Assembly: GCA_051362555.1 (NCBI GenBank)
Contig: CM120644.1
Coordinates: forward strand, 4,968,954-5,032,953
Length of the DNA stretch: 64,000 nt
Source: Lingula anatina
Taxonomy: Eukaryota; Animalia; Brachiopoda
Reading direction: 5' to 3'
Part shown: positions 1 through 12,900 of the stretch, one piece after another
Layout of the letters: each line of letters opens with the position of its first letter
Numbering within the stretch: the first letter of the stretch is position 1
Notes under the pieces: model-generated
Told to the model about the DNA's origin: nothing
Seen by the model: the letters and a program-made list of their open reading frames with translations, nothing else
Databases searched by the model: none
Program-made: the position numbers and the translations under genes

Positions 1-43
1 GCTCCGCCGGCTCCTGCGGCTCCGCCGGCTCCTGCGGCTCCGC
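1..43. repeat. 18-bp tandem repeat GCTCCGCCGGCTCCTGCG, about 2.4 copies visible
   Basis: Exact copies at 1-18 and 19-36, partial copy at 37-43. Confidence 0.9.
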
Positions 44-739
44 AGTCGGGCGCCGGAAACAAGTCACCGTTACCGCTTCTCCTCCTAGACCGCCAGGACC
101 TGTGTCCCCATCTCTTGGATTTAGGTCACATATAATCTCAACTTGAACACCCTGTTTTTTTTATCTCTGTCGGTGCATTGGCCTGGGCGTGACACTTGTT
201 GAAACGCACCCTTGTCAAAATTTTTGAAAATTCAAGGCTAAATATCTCCCAAACCAAAGGAATTATGGGAAAAATTACTACAGAAGTCTGACCGAAACTC
301 ATATGTGGAGATTCCAAATATGCCCTTGGATTTGACTTTTGACCTTTTTTTCAAGGTCAAACAAGCCAAAATTTTCTAAAAAATGGGAATTTTCTGCAAA
401 AAAATATTTGTTTGTGCTATTTTTTGGAAACTACACAGATCTAAGCTCTCCTGTTACAGTGAGGGGTTACAATTGGGGACTCCTTTCATCTTTGGGAGTT
501 TGGGGTCAATCGGTGCATTTTCACGGGAGAAGCAGCCATTAGATCCCGAAACTGAAAACTTGTTTTTATTCTGGAATGGTAAATGCCAGAAACCTTTTGT
601 TCATCGCATTTTGTAGAACTTGTCAAGTGCAATACTGGAGGTGGTGTCCATTTTTTTGTTTTCGATATGGTTTAGGCATTGCGCTATATCAAAAATTACA
701 ACATTGCAATATTCAGTGGGGAAAATGATAAATATTCCA

Positions 740-1480
740 AAATTAGCAGAGATATGCCCATAGTTACTATTGAACTTGAGTAAGAAGTCATATACTGGTA
801 ATCTAACTGTGACCTTGAAATTGACCTTTGACCTACATTTCATGATGAACTGCACTTTGAAGTTTTCTGATCTTTATATCTCCAAAACTGGCAAAGATAC
901 GCCCATAGTTACTATTGAACTTGAATAGGAAGTTATATACTGTTAATCTAACTGTGACCTTTAAATTGACATTTGACCTACTTTTCACCATGAACTGAAC
1001 TTTGCAAATTTTCCAGCCCTTATATCTCCAAAACTGGCAGAGATACACCCATAGTTACTGTTAAACATGAATAGGAAGTCATATACTGGCATTCTTATTG
1101 TGACCTTGAAATTGACCTTTGACCTACTTTTCAACATGAACTGAACTTTGCAAATTTTCTATCCCTTATATCTCGAAAACTGGCAGAGATAGGTCCATAG
1201 TTACTATTGAACTTGAATAGAAAGTCATAAACTGGCAATCTTACTGTGACCTTGAAATTGACCTTTGACCTACTATTTATGTTGAACTGCACTTTGCATG
1301 TTTCCTGGCCTTCATATCTCCAACATTGGTAAAGAAATGCCCATAGCTACTATTGAACCTTTATAGGAAGTCATATACTGTGGCCTTGAAATTGACCTTT
1401 GACCTACCTTTTTACCACAAACTGAACTCTGCATATTTTCGTGCCCTTCATATCTTCAAAACTAGCAGAGATCTGCTCAG
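740..1480. repeat. Tandem array of about 5 diverged ~146-bp units
   Basis: The anchor CCCATAGTTACTATTGAAC or a close variant recurs at 757, 902, 1048, 1194 and 1340 (spacing 145-146), with a degenerate copy near 1476. Each unit contains a GTGACCTTGAAATTGACCTTTGACCTAC-like motif. Confidence 0.92.
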
Positions 1481-2090
1481 TGTTGTCCCTAGGTTTTCTC
1501 TTTTGTCAGCATACCGGTATATGCAATACTGATAATGCATTTCAAGGAAAACCAATAGGCCTATTGTCTAGAAAATCACAGGAGTGATCAGTGTTAGGAA
1601 AATATAGGTCAATTTGAACATCTCCTTGATTGGACCATTTTAACTGTTATGTTTTTTTGATTTTTTTTTTTTTTTTTTTTTTTTGTGCATATTTTGAGAA
1701 CTCTTGTTTATTGCATTTTATAGAGCTTGTCAAGCACAAGACTGGTGGTGGTGTCCAATTTTTTTTTATTATTTTTTTTGGGGGGGGGTGTCCTTACGAA
1801 TGTGCTTACTCCAGCTGGTGGTACAATATCCAGAGGCGGTATCGCCTCTCTGATCCTCTAGTTAATAACGTGTTCTGATCACAGAAAGCATCCGTTTGAT
1901 ATTGACAGGAAATTAAATGCTGATGTCAGCTTGTTTGTCAGTAAATAAGTCATTGCTTTTATTGCAGAGGCAATTAATTTTTAAAGGGTTAATGCAAGAG
2001 AAATTAGAATTCAAAATATATGTTGGTAATATTAATTGAAATGAGGTTGTCATATTAGGTTCAGAATCAAAATAGGATGTAGCTGTTTGG

Positions 2091-2093
<3 letters not shown>

Positions 2094-2154
<61 letters not shown>
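2094..2154. repeat. Compound microsatellite (CT)n(AT)n
   Basis: Read directly. Confidence 0.95.
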
Positions 2155-2156
<2 letters not shown>

Positions 2157-2911
2157 ATTTACATATATTTACATATATTTTTCCTACCAGTTTGAACCCT
2201 CACTTGTTTTTATGGAAGTTTCTGTTTTCATTCTGTTTCCAGTTGAACTGGTTTTCCTTACAACTCATTTCCAGTCAGTTGAGTTTTCCATTATACCATG
2301 CCTTCAGCATATTTCACAATCGAACGTTCCTTACGACATTCTTTGTGGTTCTTCGATTTTGTAAAGATGACTTTAGGTAAACTGGCATGCATTATTTAGT
2401 GATTAAATTCCTACATTTATTAGAGAGTGAGAATAAAGAAGGCAATGTGATAATCAGCAAAGTAATGGTGAGAGGCAATAGATCTGAAAATGTTAAGGAT
2501 CACATACCCTAAAAGAGTATGACAGCCGTAATGTCAGAATTTTTGTTATCATCCTTTCGATATCATTTCTCAACTCATTTATTCAGGGCGACTCCCAAAG
2601 CTTTCAACAAAATTATAGTTCATATTATGTGTTTTATCACGTAGCTGGTATACAGTAGAGTGTACCAGAGCATTCTGTGTTTGTCGTTCTAATCAAGTAG
2701 AATTAATGTGCTCAGCTCAAGTCAAGTCTTGGGGAGGATTAGTATGTTTGTCTTCACTTCCAGGTGTAAAACCGTGGTGTGAATATTGACAGCAGTTATT
2801 TCTCAACTAAATCAGCAGTGAAGAGTTGAGATCATATATGTTTTGTTTGACAAAGAGGCTTGTTAAAAACTTGAATAGTTGCAAAATGACAATACGCTAG
2901 TAGTTGACCTA

Positions 2912-2912
<1 letters not shown>

Positions 2913-2973
<61 letters not shown>
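2913..2973. repeat. Compound microsatellite (CT)n(CA)n
   Basis: Read directly. Confidence 0.95.
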
Positions 2974-2976
<3 letters not shown>

Positions 2977-5900
2977 CTGTCTTTCAATTAGCCATTTACC
3001 AAGGTACATGTATATTAGTCAATACTAAAGTTTATATAATTTAATCCACAGAGGTGTTAACCTTTTGTTCAGACTCTCAACACCTTAATAAATACAATTA
3101 ACCAACATTGCTCATATTTTTACCTGACATAACCCAGTCATTTCCTTTAATTAGTTTATTTATTTAGCTCATAAAATTTTCAGTGTCATAATTTGCAGAA
3201 TATCTAAGAAAAAATATTTTTGGTGTCGCTCAGCCTTAAAATGTTTGGTATTTTCACAGCCAACCTCTGCATTTATTTTTCTCCAGTGCAAATGTGTATC
3301 TGATATTATAGGAGATAGGCGGTGGGTGCAGCCTGCCAGACAGAAGTTATGAAAAGGTCCTGACCTTATAGTCTGAGCAGTTGGGTCATATAGTATACCC
3401 TGATATTAGAACCAGGGAAGGAACTTCACGAAAAAGCTTCCAGCCACTGTTTGAGTTATTAATTGGTAACTGGTAAATATGCAGTGGACATGTGTTTGCT
3501 GATGTTTTCCGTCTGCTGGTTGTGCGTTCCCAGGGTGCTGTTCAACTATGGCCGCCCGGGTCTTCAACTCAGACCATCCCGTCTCCAATGTAAATTCATA
3601 AAATGCATTCAGATGACCTGTTTTCCATTATGGTAGTGTTATTCAGAAAAAAATGCCTGTCTTCAAAGAGGTAATAAAATTGCTGAATCTGATTTTGATT
3701 ATGAAAATGTATGATTTGAATTCACTGAAAATTGTATCCTAGGTTTGAGATCAAGCCACTGAGGGTTTTGTTGGATACCAAATTATGTTATTTTAGTATT
3801 CAATAATGTTGAATTAAAAGCCACCTTACTTTCCATTCAGTTATAATACAAAAATATGAATCATCTTTAAAAATAAGATATAATTGTCTGATTTTATGTT
3901 CATTTACATGTTGATACGTTTACCCCCTCCGTTCTTTTATCTCTTTCCATTATTTCTTCAGGCCTAACACAGTAATACCAGTACTTAATTTCAAAGCTAA
4001 TTTAAAGAGTGTACAGAGCTAAAACAGTCTACTGTAGCTCCTTTATGAAATTTAAGGTATGGCAATTGCCACTGTAGAGAGGAAGTGAAAAACAATTTCG
4101 TTAGTATCCTTTGAGAATTTGCAAACACTATAGATAGGAGAAAATGAAATTAGAAGAAATGATTGCTCAAAAAGAAATCACACCAAGTAGTAAAGTTGAT
4201 CAAGGCATGCATATATATTGTGCTTTTATCATGTCATATAGTTTAAATAATTACAATATATCTGTTAATGTACCTGTACCTGTAGGTTTAATTATCAAAT
4301 GATGTTTTTGACAGTGTATGTATAGTCCCTTGGAAATCTCTGAAATATGCCTGCGAGTTACAACCCTGATTGAAGATTGCTTATAAAACGATGAGGACTC
4401 TTGAATTACAGTGCTAATAATGTTTTCAAAAGAATTCTTTGAGTAAGGCATTTCACATGTTTGATTGATACGGAAATAAGAAAGCGCGTAACATTTAGAG
4501 CAGTAATCACAAGAGTGCAGGTGGAAAAGAATGATTTCCCCAGAGGAAAAAGTTCAGAAAATGATTAACAGAAAAAAAGTGCAGGGAAGACCTGAACAAA
4601 TAATAAGGAGGTCATGGAGCGTAATGATTCCAGTCTCTGCGGGGACAATTTTGATTCACCTCGCTTTCATTATTTAAAAAATTAACAAAGGAGATACTGT
4701 CAAAAACAATGTGAAGGCAGCTTAAACAGTTGTTATAAGACAATTGTTAATGTTTTTTTTATTCTATTTTTATATTTATATAAATGACGGTGAATGCAGT
4801 GGTTGGTATATTTGCCTTTGAATTAATTAATACTGAAATAGGCTGGCTATATGGCATGGTATTGACATTTGTATTGATTTGAAACAGTAGGAGAAGTATT
4901 TTAGCTCATTTAATGTACATAAGGCACATATATGGACAAAGGGCTATAGTTGTTATAAATACATGTTTGTGCATATCAGTTGTTTTAAACTTTAATACAA
5001 AACTCCAAAATAGAAGAAACTCCTTGAGGTGTGGAACACTTCAAATTGCATGGTAGACGGACACCTCTCATTGCTACTTTATAGTGTTGATGGATACTGG
5101 CTTCAAAACAATCTGAGAAAATCCATCATTTCAAAAAGCCAGTAGATTTGCTTTTCCTTGATTAATAATGATAATAATAGTAATAATAACAACAACAGTA
5201 ACCACTCAATTTATCCAAATTTGCTTCTAGACCAGATAGCAGTTTTTGTCAATGGTACAGGTACAGGTATATATAACTAATGTATCATTTCTTTTCTGTG
5301 CATGTATAGATTTGCCTCTCTTATTTCAAATACATACTAGTACACGTGTAGTTGTAGTTCAAATGAGGAGAAGGCAGTTATAAGAAAAAAACTCCATAAA
5401 TACTACCACTGACCATTGGTAAGGCAGTAAATTACAACAGGTGTTATTTGTGATCAGCAGTAACACCTGGCCTAAATATAGCACCTACCAGTAGTTGTTA
5501 TGTCAAGGAGTTTGTTTATCACCAGTGGGGTGACCTGGCCAAATCAGAGGAGATAAAGTGTTGAACTTGATCCATGTATATCTGGTATGTTTATTAAATT
5601 AAACTACTATACACTGGATATGTCTTTATTAAATAAAATTGGTTTTCTGCTTTGTTTTATGCAAACTTTGTTTTGAGTCATGAATATATTTATTTCTACC
5701 TGTTTTAATTTGACCACAATTACTATTGATGTTATTTTTGGCAATTATATGACAAGTAATGGATGTAAACAATTAATAATGAGCATAAATATATGTTATG
5801 GAACTAATTTTAGTTAAGAGAAATGTGGTCTATGGGGGCTGTGAAATGTACTCATATTGTACCCATATTGTATAATAAATTTTAAAAAATTAGAAAAACA

Positions 5901-8900
5901 TAAGCAAGTGTCATGTAAGGACAAATTAGTCACTGCTGGCAAACAATAACACCAAGACCAAAATAAACCAGCCATTATGTAACAATCGTATTGATAAGAT
6001 AATAAATACTAATCAACTGTAAACAGCCTGATCACAATAGTGTTTATTTACCTGAGTCACTCACGGTGATATAATACACATCTAATGGCAAGGGAAATCC
6101 TATAACGGTTGATAACTCACCTGACTTGAGTGGCAGGTAAACATAAACATCTGTACTATATATAGGTCACGGCAGAGAGAACCCCTGTACTTTACTGAAC
6201 TGAAGGACAATGAGGCGTCCAATTTAAGGTGTCCACTGACAATAGAGCGTGTTCCAAAATAACCTGGTACCATCATGTCTAGAAATGGACTCCTTTTTGT
6301 AGGCATGGTAACAGGAAACTGAGAGCTTTCTTTTGTTAGTGTGAAATGGTAGGGTAAACATGCTTTTTTAAATGTGATATTAGCAGGGAAAAAAAGAAAG
6401 GGGAAAAAAAGAATCACCGATATTGTCATGTTTGAATTAGACAAGTTGTGTAGGCCATTTTCCTTTTTTTTTTCTTCTCCTTTTTTTCATATTCAAAAGA
6501 GGTACATGTATATAGTATATTTATTACATTTGCAGAATGGACTCTAATTTCTTAACTGATCTTTTCTATGAAGTTTTAGTCAACCTGTAAAGAATGATTG
6601 AAAGAAATGAAATAAAAATACTTTTAGATTTCAGTTTTTTAACACGAAAATATATTTAAAAAAATGGTTCTCAAATTCATTTTCTCAACTTCAGTTTCTA
6701 CGACTCATTCATTTTCCCCTCCTATGATTCCATCAGTTGTTGATATTATGATGTTCATCATAAAATTCCCCTCACCAGCTGGCAATGATATTTTCAATAT
6801 CTCCCTTGCCACTATCCATAGCGGTGCTCTTCTTTTTCCTGTCCTGAGGGCCGAATCTGTATTCTGAGTAATTGTTGATCATGGCGGGCAGACACAGGGC
6901 AGCCTCAGTGAAGTACAGGCTTTTCCTTTGTCATTATGTGGTTATTACGCAGCAGAGAGCAGGCTGTGAGGTCTAAGCAGCTACAAGTACGACCTATGCC
7001 TACTGTCAATATAGACTTGGTTTATGCGTGCAAGGGTGCTTGTATTCACTTGAAGAAAGCAAATAAATAGACATATGACTTTATCAAAACAGGCTCGATA
7101 GTATAACAGGCTGTAAGACTGACTTTTGCATTTGGGAAAATATAGCTGAGACGAGACTTCTGCTGAAGAGGTTTCTTATTGAGCAATTGAGGGAATAGGG
7201 TGAAGGATATAGATATATGTACAATAGAGAGAAGAATGGAGGAAGGAAGACATTGGAGACCCCATCTTGGACACAGAGGAAAGGTTTGTAGATGGACCAG
7301 CAGGTGCTTGGTCTGCTGGCGTCTGGTAGTGTGTGTGTGTACATGTATAGAGAGAGAGAGAGAGAGAGCTAGTGAACTGCAGCACCAGGAGTTTGGGGGG
7401 GGGGGGGGGGAGGGGCAGTAATAAGACTTAATTTGGTTTTACCTGGTATACTGTTGTGCCCTATTTTTGTTTGATTCATGATTCTGGGATGGGTTTGACG
7501 ATTCAGTGTTCATACATCAGTAATAAAGAAGGGGGGGGGGGGGGGTTGCAAGGAGTTTATAATGCATATTGCCATCTTCCGTCCTAGTGAATCTATCAGC
7601 TTACTGTACACATAAACCGTATGTATATATGGCATGTACCACTGTCTTTTTATGAATGACTACATACTCTATTGGATATATGTGTGTGAGTGTGTGTACT
7701 ATGGGAGTTTAATTCTCTGCCTCGTTATAAAACTTTAATTTTATAAACGAGTATATATTTTTGAAGTTTTTATTCTCCGTCACCTGTCTCTGTCGTCCCC
7801 ATATTACATTAACCACAAGTCACATGTACACTCTGTGCCAGCACAGCCTCCACATGGTGAACACAGAAATATTGATAAATTTTTGGCATGAAACTGGTTT
7901 AGGATATACTGCTGGATTATGAGCTGTTTTATGCTGGCTGGGATGGAGAGAATGTTGGGCTGTATTTATTATTTACGAAAAAAAAAATCTTTCCATACAA
8001 TGTTATAATTACATAGTATATCGGCATTATTATTTAATTCCTTCATTCATAGTTATCTATCTATCCACCCGTATTATATTTATCCTTGCATTAAATAATT
8101 AACCATTTGTTGTTTGTCTCTTTTTCTTTTTTATCCAACTATCTATTCATTCATTCATTCATTCATTCTCTCATTTCATATTCATATACTATCTATACCA
8201 ATATATCTGATCTCATTAGGCACTTAAACCTTCACTTGTATCTTATAAAAAAAGATAAAACAAATTTAACAATATATCAGACATTAGCTTTGACAGTATA
8301 TTGATCACTTCCATTTTGTATAACCTGGATGAACAAGATCATACTGTCCCTGCTGTAGTATCAGTAACTGATCACACCATGCTGCCATTTGTTAGAGTTG
8401 AAGACAAAGAGCAATAAATCACTGACTGTGTTACCAGTACTACTGCACTGTACTGGAGCCGAATTTCAAACCTCTTGTTTGTCAGATATGGTGGCGGGGC
8501 AAGGGGGGGGGGGGTTAAAAATACAGCCTCTGATTTTAATTATCCCAATTAGTTATGAATATGCTGTATGCTTGTTGCTGACCTTTTGGTGAGTTAAAGA
8601 CATGGTTTGTCTGCTTGAAGTCATCTCTCAAGCACTACAACAGAGACCTACAACTATGACTCTTCTTGGCCAGTTCCTATATCAATTAATATATATTTTA
8701 TACATCTCCATGCCTCAATATCATATTATAATTGTGGGTTGTTTGTATAGCCTACCCCTATCTTTTTAAATGATGCAGTGCTTATAATATTCAGAAAACA
8801 GCTCATGGCATCTGTATATAATAACCTGCAGATTATATTGGGAATTTCAATTCTGAAAAAGTTGCAAATATGGGAATTGATGCCAGCGTGACTAGAATTC

Positions 8901-9773
8901 CCAATCGATATTTTCAGTAGTAATTCACATCTATATATTTAAGGAATAAATTGGCCATAGTGCAGTCTGTATGTTTCTTAATGTTTTTCTTATACAAGTC
9001 TGTGTTAATGTACCATACCACATCAGTTTACAGCCCCAGTTTTATGAGAGCTATCAATTCATTAATGAACCCCCAGATATTTTATTCTTAGAATTAAAAA
9101 TCGATAGAACATTTGTGCAGTGGAGCGTCTCTGATGATGGAGCTGGCGTCCGTAGTCTGAAGTCTTTGTTCGTAAATATTCAACACATGTCGTTAAAGAC
9201 TTCCTGAAATCCAAGCAGGTATTGTCAGTCAAATGACTGACCAAGTACACAACGTCTTCAGTGCAGATCTGATGACCAATTACCAATAAATTTGGAATTT
9301 TTACCTGTATTTTCCTTGTGCAAATTTAATATGATTAGGGGACTCTTTTAACTATTCAATCACCCATGATGGTCAGTGTTTTTTATCCCTCTTTAGCCAA
9401 AGTGTCGTAATTTAAAAGGTAAATTGCCTCCCTCATCTACCATTTCTTAATTAAATCTAGGAACTAAAATACATAAATCAGGTCCTGAGCACTAGATTGA
9501 GAAAGAGAACTCTTTCAGAGAACAATCTACCTGTAGCGGCCCCTCATCACTGGGGTCATTTGTCTGTTTTTTTCTGTGAAATGACGGGTCAACAGGAGAG
9601 CTATAATTTCCCAATCAACCATCAATTTGTCTGTTAATAGGTATTGATCTCCAGACAGTTAGCTGTACTGTTCCCAGTAGGCACACGGTAACATTTAAAG
9701 TGATGAAGGTTTTCAGATTCATGCAGAGATAACTCCAGCAGTATCTCACACAAAAGACAGCCAAAGCTACATG

Positions 9774-9921
9774 CATGGGTGAAAGTTTTCATGACTATGC
9801 CTGATTTCAGGATTTTCAGTCTTCATTTTGATTGTTGTTTTTCTTATGGTGTATATTCATTGAATGAGAAATTGCAAGCTACGTTTTTCGGGATTGGCAG
9901 TTTTTACAACTTTCACCCATG
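9774..9921. mobile_element. Small TIR element (MITE-like, 148 bp)
   Basis: Perfect 14-bp terminal inverted repeat: CATGGGTGAAAGTT (9774-9787) and AACTTTCACCCATG (9908-9921). No clean TSD. Confidence 0.65.
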
Positions 9922-12900
9922 TACACTCTATTACACGTGATGCACATACATTGGCCAAATGCTAACAACCTACTCTATTCAGCAAAGTAAATGTAAAATA
10001 TAATAACGAAAGTCTCTTTTTATTTTTCAAAAATTTTGCTTGCCAGAAATGGTATAATTCTCTTAGTGGCATAACTTACAATAAAGGATTATATTACATG
10101 AGATCTGTGGTCTATAAACAACTTATTAGTAAACATACATACAGTAGTCGTGAATAAATGAGGTGCTTGTTGTATTCTGAACTTGCTTTGTACGGAAACA
10201 ACCAGTTCTAATCAGATTGGTGGGTTTCCTCTTGGCATCCACAGGTTGTTGTTCTGCGGTTGTTTTGGTGGAAGTATCAACTTTGTATTGATAGTTCACA
10301 CTCTTAAGAGCTGCCAGACAGCTTAATGGAGAACTCTTAGCAAGGAAACTGTCTACAGTCCATGGTAATTGACTTACAGGCTAAGGTGTTGGACTTGATA
10401 GAAATGTGGGACTTTCTCAAGTTAATAGTCTGATTGGACTGGTGAAAATGATTTGTTTTTTTTTTTTTTCATAATCTATAGATTTCATCTATGGAATGGT
10501 CTGTATTGATTCAGACTAAAAGGTTCTTTTATGGGCTGCTAGGGTGACCAGGGCATAGAAATGATCAATTCATAGGCTGAATCAACAATTAATTAAGGCA
10601 GACTCATAATTATGGTAATTAGTCTCTCTTATTTCCTTGTAGTGTATTGCCTTCTCTGTAATAGATGCTGAGTGTGTGTGTGTGTGTGTGTGGGGGGGGG
10701 GGGGGGGTCATGTATGTGAGCATCTACATCAAGCTTAAACATGGGGGTGTTAAGGAGTAAAGTGGATTAGTTAAGCAAATGAAAATAAAATGAATTATCA
10801 TATTGCTAGTGAAAATGGTTATAACAAAATTTATGATGAATGTTCATAAAAATGATGATGATGATGATGATGAAAACCTACCTTATTTAAAAAAAGAAAC
10901 AAGGCTGCAGTTGATATAATTTTATAATCTTACATCCATTTAATGGTTTACTATTTTATTCACTTCACTTGAAATTAGTATAATGAATAGTAGTAAATGG
11001 GAAATTGCAGTCTTGTTTTTAGTAAAAAATTATAGTAAATCATTGATGTGGTAGATGATCAGGAGGTGCTGGTATTGTGACGGTTGTGTAGGATTGTGTC
11101 AGGTCACAACTAACGCAATGTGTACTACATATACCACTATATACTTTCATGCATTCCTACATATTATGAAGTCATGCCTTAGTGAACATACTGCATTGCA
11201 TCAGATGAAGCAGTGTAAGCATTTATACAATTTATCACCAGAATGTCAGCTGCTTTATTCCGTAAAATTGGAATTAGAGGCTTAGGGATGGATAATGTGC
11301 ACTCTCATAGTTCAGAAGCAGTTCCTTAGCTTTTAGAGCTTCTCCTTGCAAATGTCATGCTTTTCTGCTAGCAAAAATTGATGTTAAAAACATGTGATAT
11401 AATTTATTAAATCTCTGTGCTGTTCCATAATGAAACAAAAACAAATGCACACACAGGCACAGGTGCGTGTTGTTCCTTAATTGGTTAAATCCATGATCAG
11501 TGTGAAAATTAAAACAGAAGAAGGAGTACATGTTTAGAAAAGAAAATGTTGCAATATAGGTAAATGAAATGTCACACACTGAAAATAACAGTTTCAGAAT
11601 CGATTATAGCAGTGAACATGGAGGTCAGTGACTGCTAAGAAGGCTGTAATGTGCACTGTAAACCGTGTGATTTTATGAACTATTTTGGCCTCCCCTGATG
11701 GCTATAAGAGGCACACACATACCTGAGCTTTGTGATCTACTGCCAGGGTTGTCCATGCATGCCGTGTGCTGTAGATTCATTCATCCATGCTAGTGTATAA
11801 TCGTATATATTGTATCAACACACAAAAGCACCATTTATTTCTACCAATAGTTGATTGCCTGGTTTGATCTAAGATATGTCACTCAAGATTGGGGATTTAT
11901 TCGAGTCTCTAGAGTGCAATCCAAACACAATTAACCTAAGGATGAAGGAGGTCAAGGCCTTAGTTTTTTTTTTTTTTTTTACCTACATAAATATTGCGGG
12001 AGTTGGTCATGGATTATATTCTTTATGAAGGGGTTATTAGTCTGTCAGGCAGTTTCTCACCACATTCAGATTTTAAAATATTAATATTAGATGTCTGATT
12101 CATGGTATGTGCATTTGTTTTGTTTTTGTTTTATTATCTCTGGAATGATTTTTTTTTTTTCATATTTTGAAAATAATGACTCATTTCCATGAAGATGATC
12201 TAGACTAATGAATAAAAACATTAACCTGCATGGTATTTGAAATAGTTTTTTCATCAATACAATGTTACTAACAACAGAGCATGTTTTATTTATGAAAAGC
12301 ACTATGTATGTTCTATTAAAAGTTATTTCTGGTAACTTTTTTGATGCTGCGATATTTGTTCTGGTTTTAATTCAGCAACGCATCAACAGGCTCTGATTAG
12401 TTTGATGTTGTTTGAGGCAAACAGTTACACTGTGTATAGATTATATAAACCATTTTTATCGTCCATTTGTCCTTGCATGAAAAAATAATTGATCTATATA
12501 GTTTTCTGATTCAATTCTGGCACTTCATAGTGATATTGTCACCCAGAGCTTCAGAGATAATTTAAAACTTACCTCTACACTAATACTATGCCCAAGTTAC
12601 TTGAAATGGCAAGGGTATGGTATTAGTGTAGAGGAAAGTGTCAAGTGGATATTTTTGGCTTGTGAAGCAATGTGTGGCAGGTATAAAAGTTTATTTCACA
12701 TTTTTATACAGTATTTTTATTCATTTTATGATAATTCACTGTGTTGTTGGCATACTTTTGATGGAATTATCATTTATTTTTAAGAAAAAAAATGTACATT
12801 TTTAAAAATTCAGAGTCACAAAGATTGATAAGCTGCGGGCTGCCTGTCACACAGTTTTTGTCAGGCGTGTGTTTGTCAACAAGTGTCCCACAGAGGTAAC

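Larger units (their letters stand above)
1..1480. mobile_element. Probable non-autonomous repetitive element (Helentron/HINE-like layout) with internal tandem array; 5' end outside window
   Basis: GC-rich 18-bp tandem repeat at 1-43, then a spacer with TGACCTT/TCAAGGTCA motifs, then a 146-bp tandem array. No transposase ORF. Family assignment is inferred from architecture only. Confidence 0.5.

Noticed and set aside
740-1480. Regularly spaced repeats as a CRISPR array
   Set aside because: The whole 146-bp unit is repeated, with no unique spacers and no cas genes, in a eukaryotic context.
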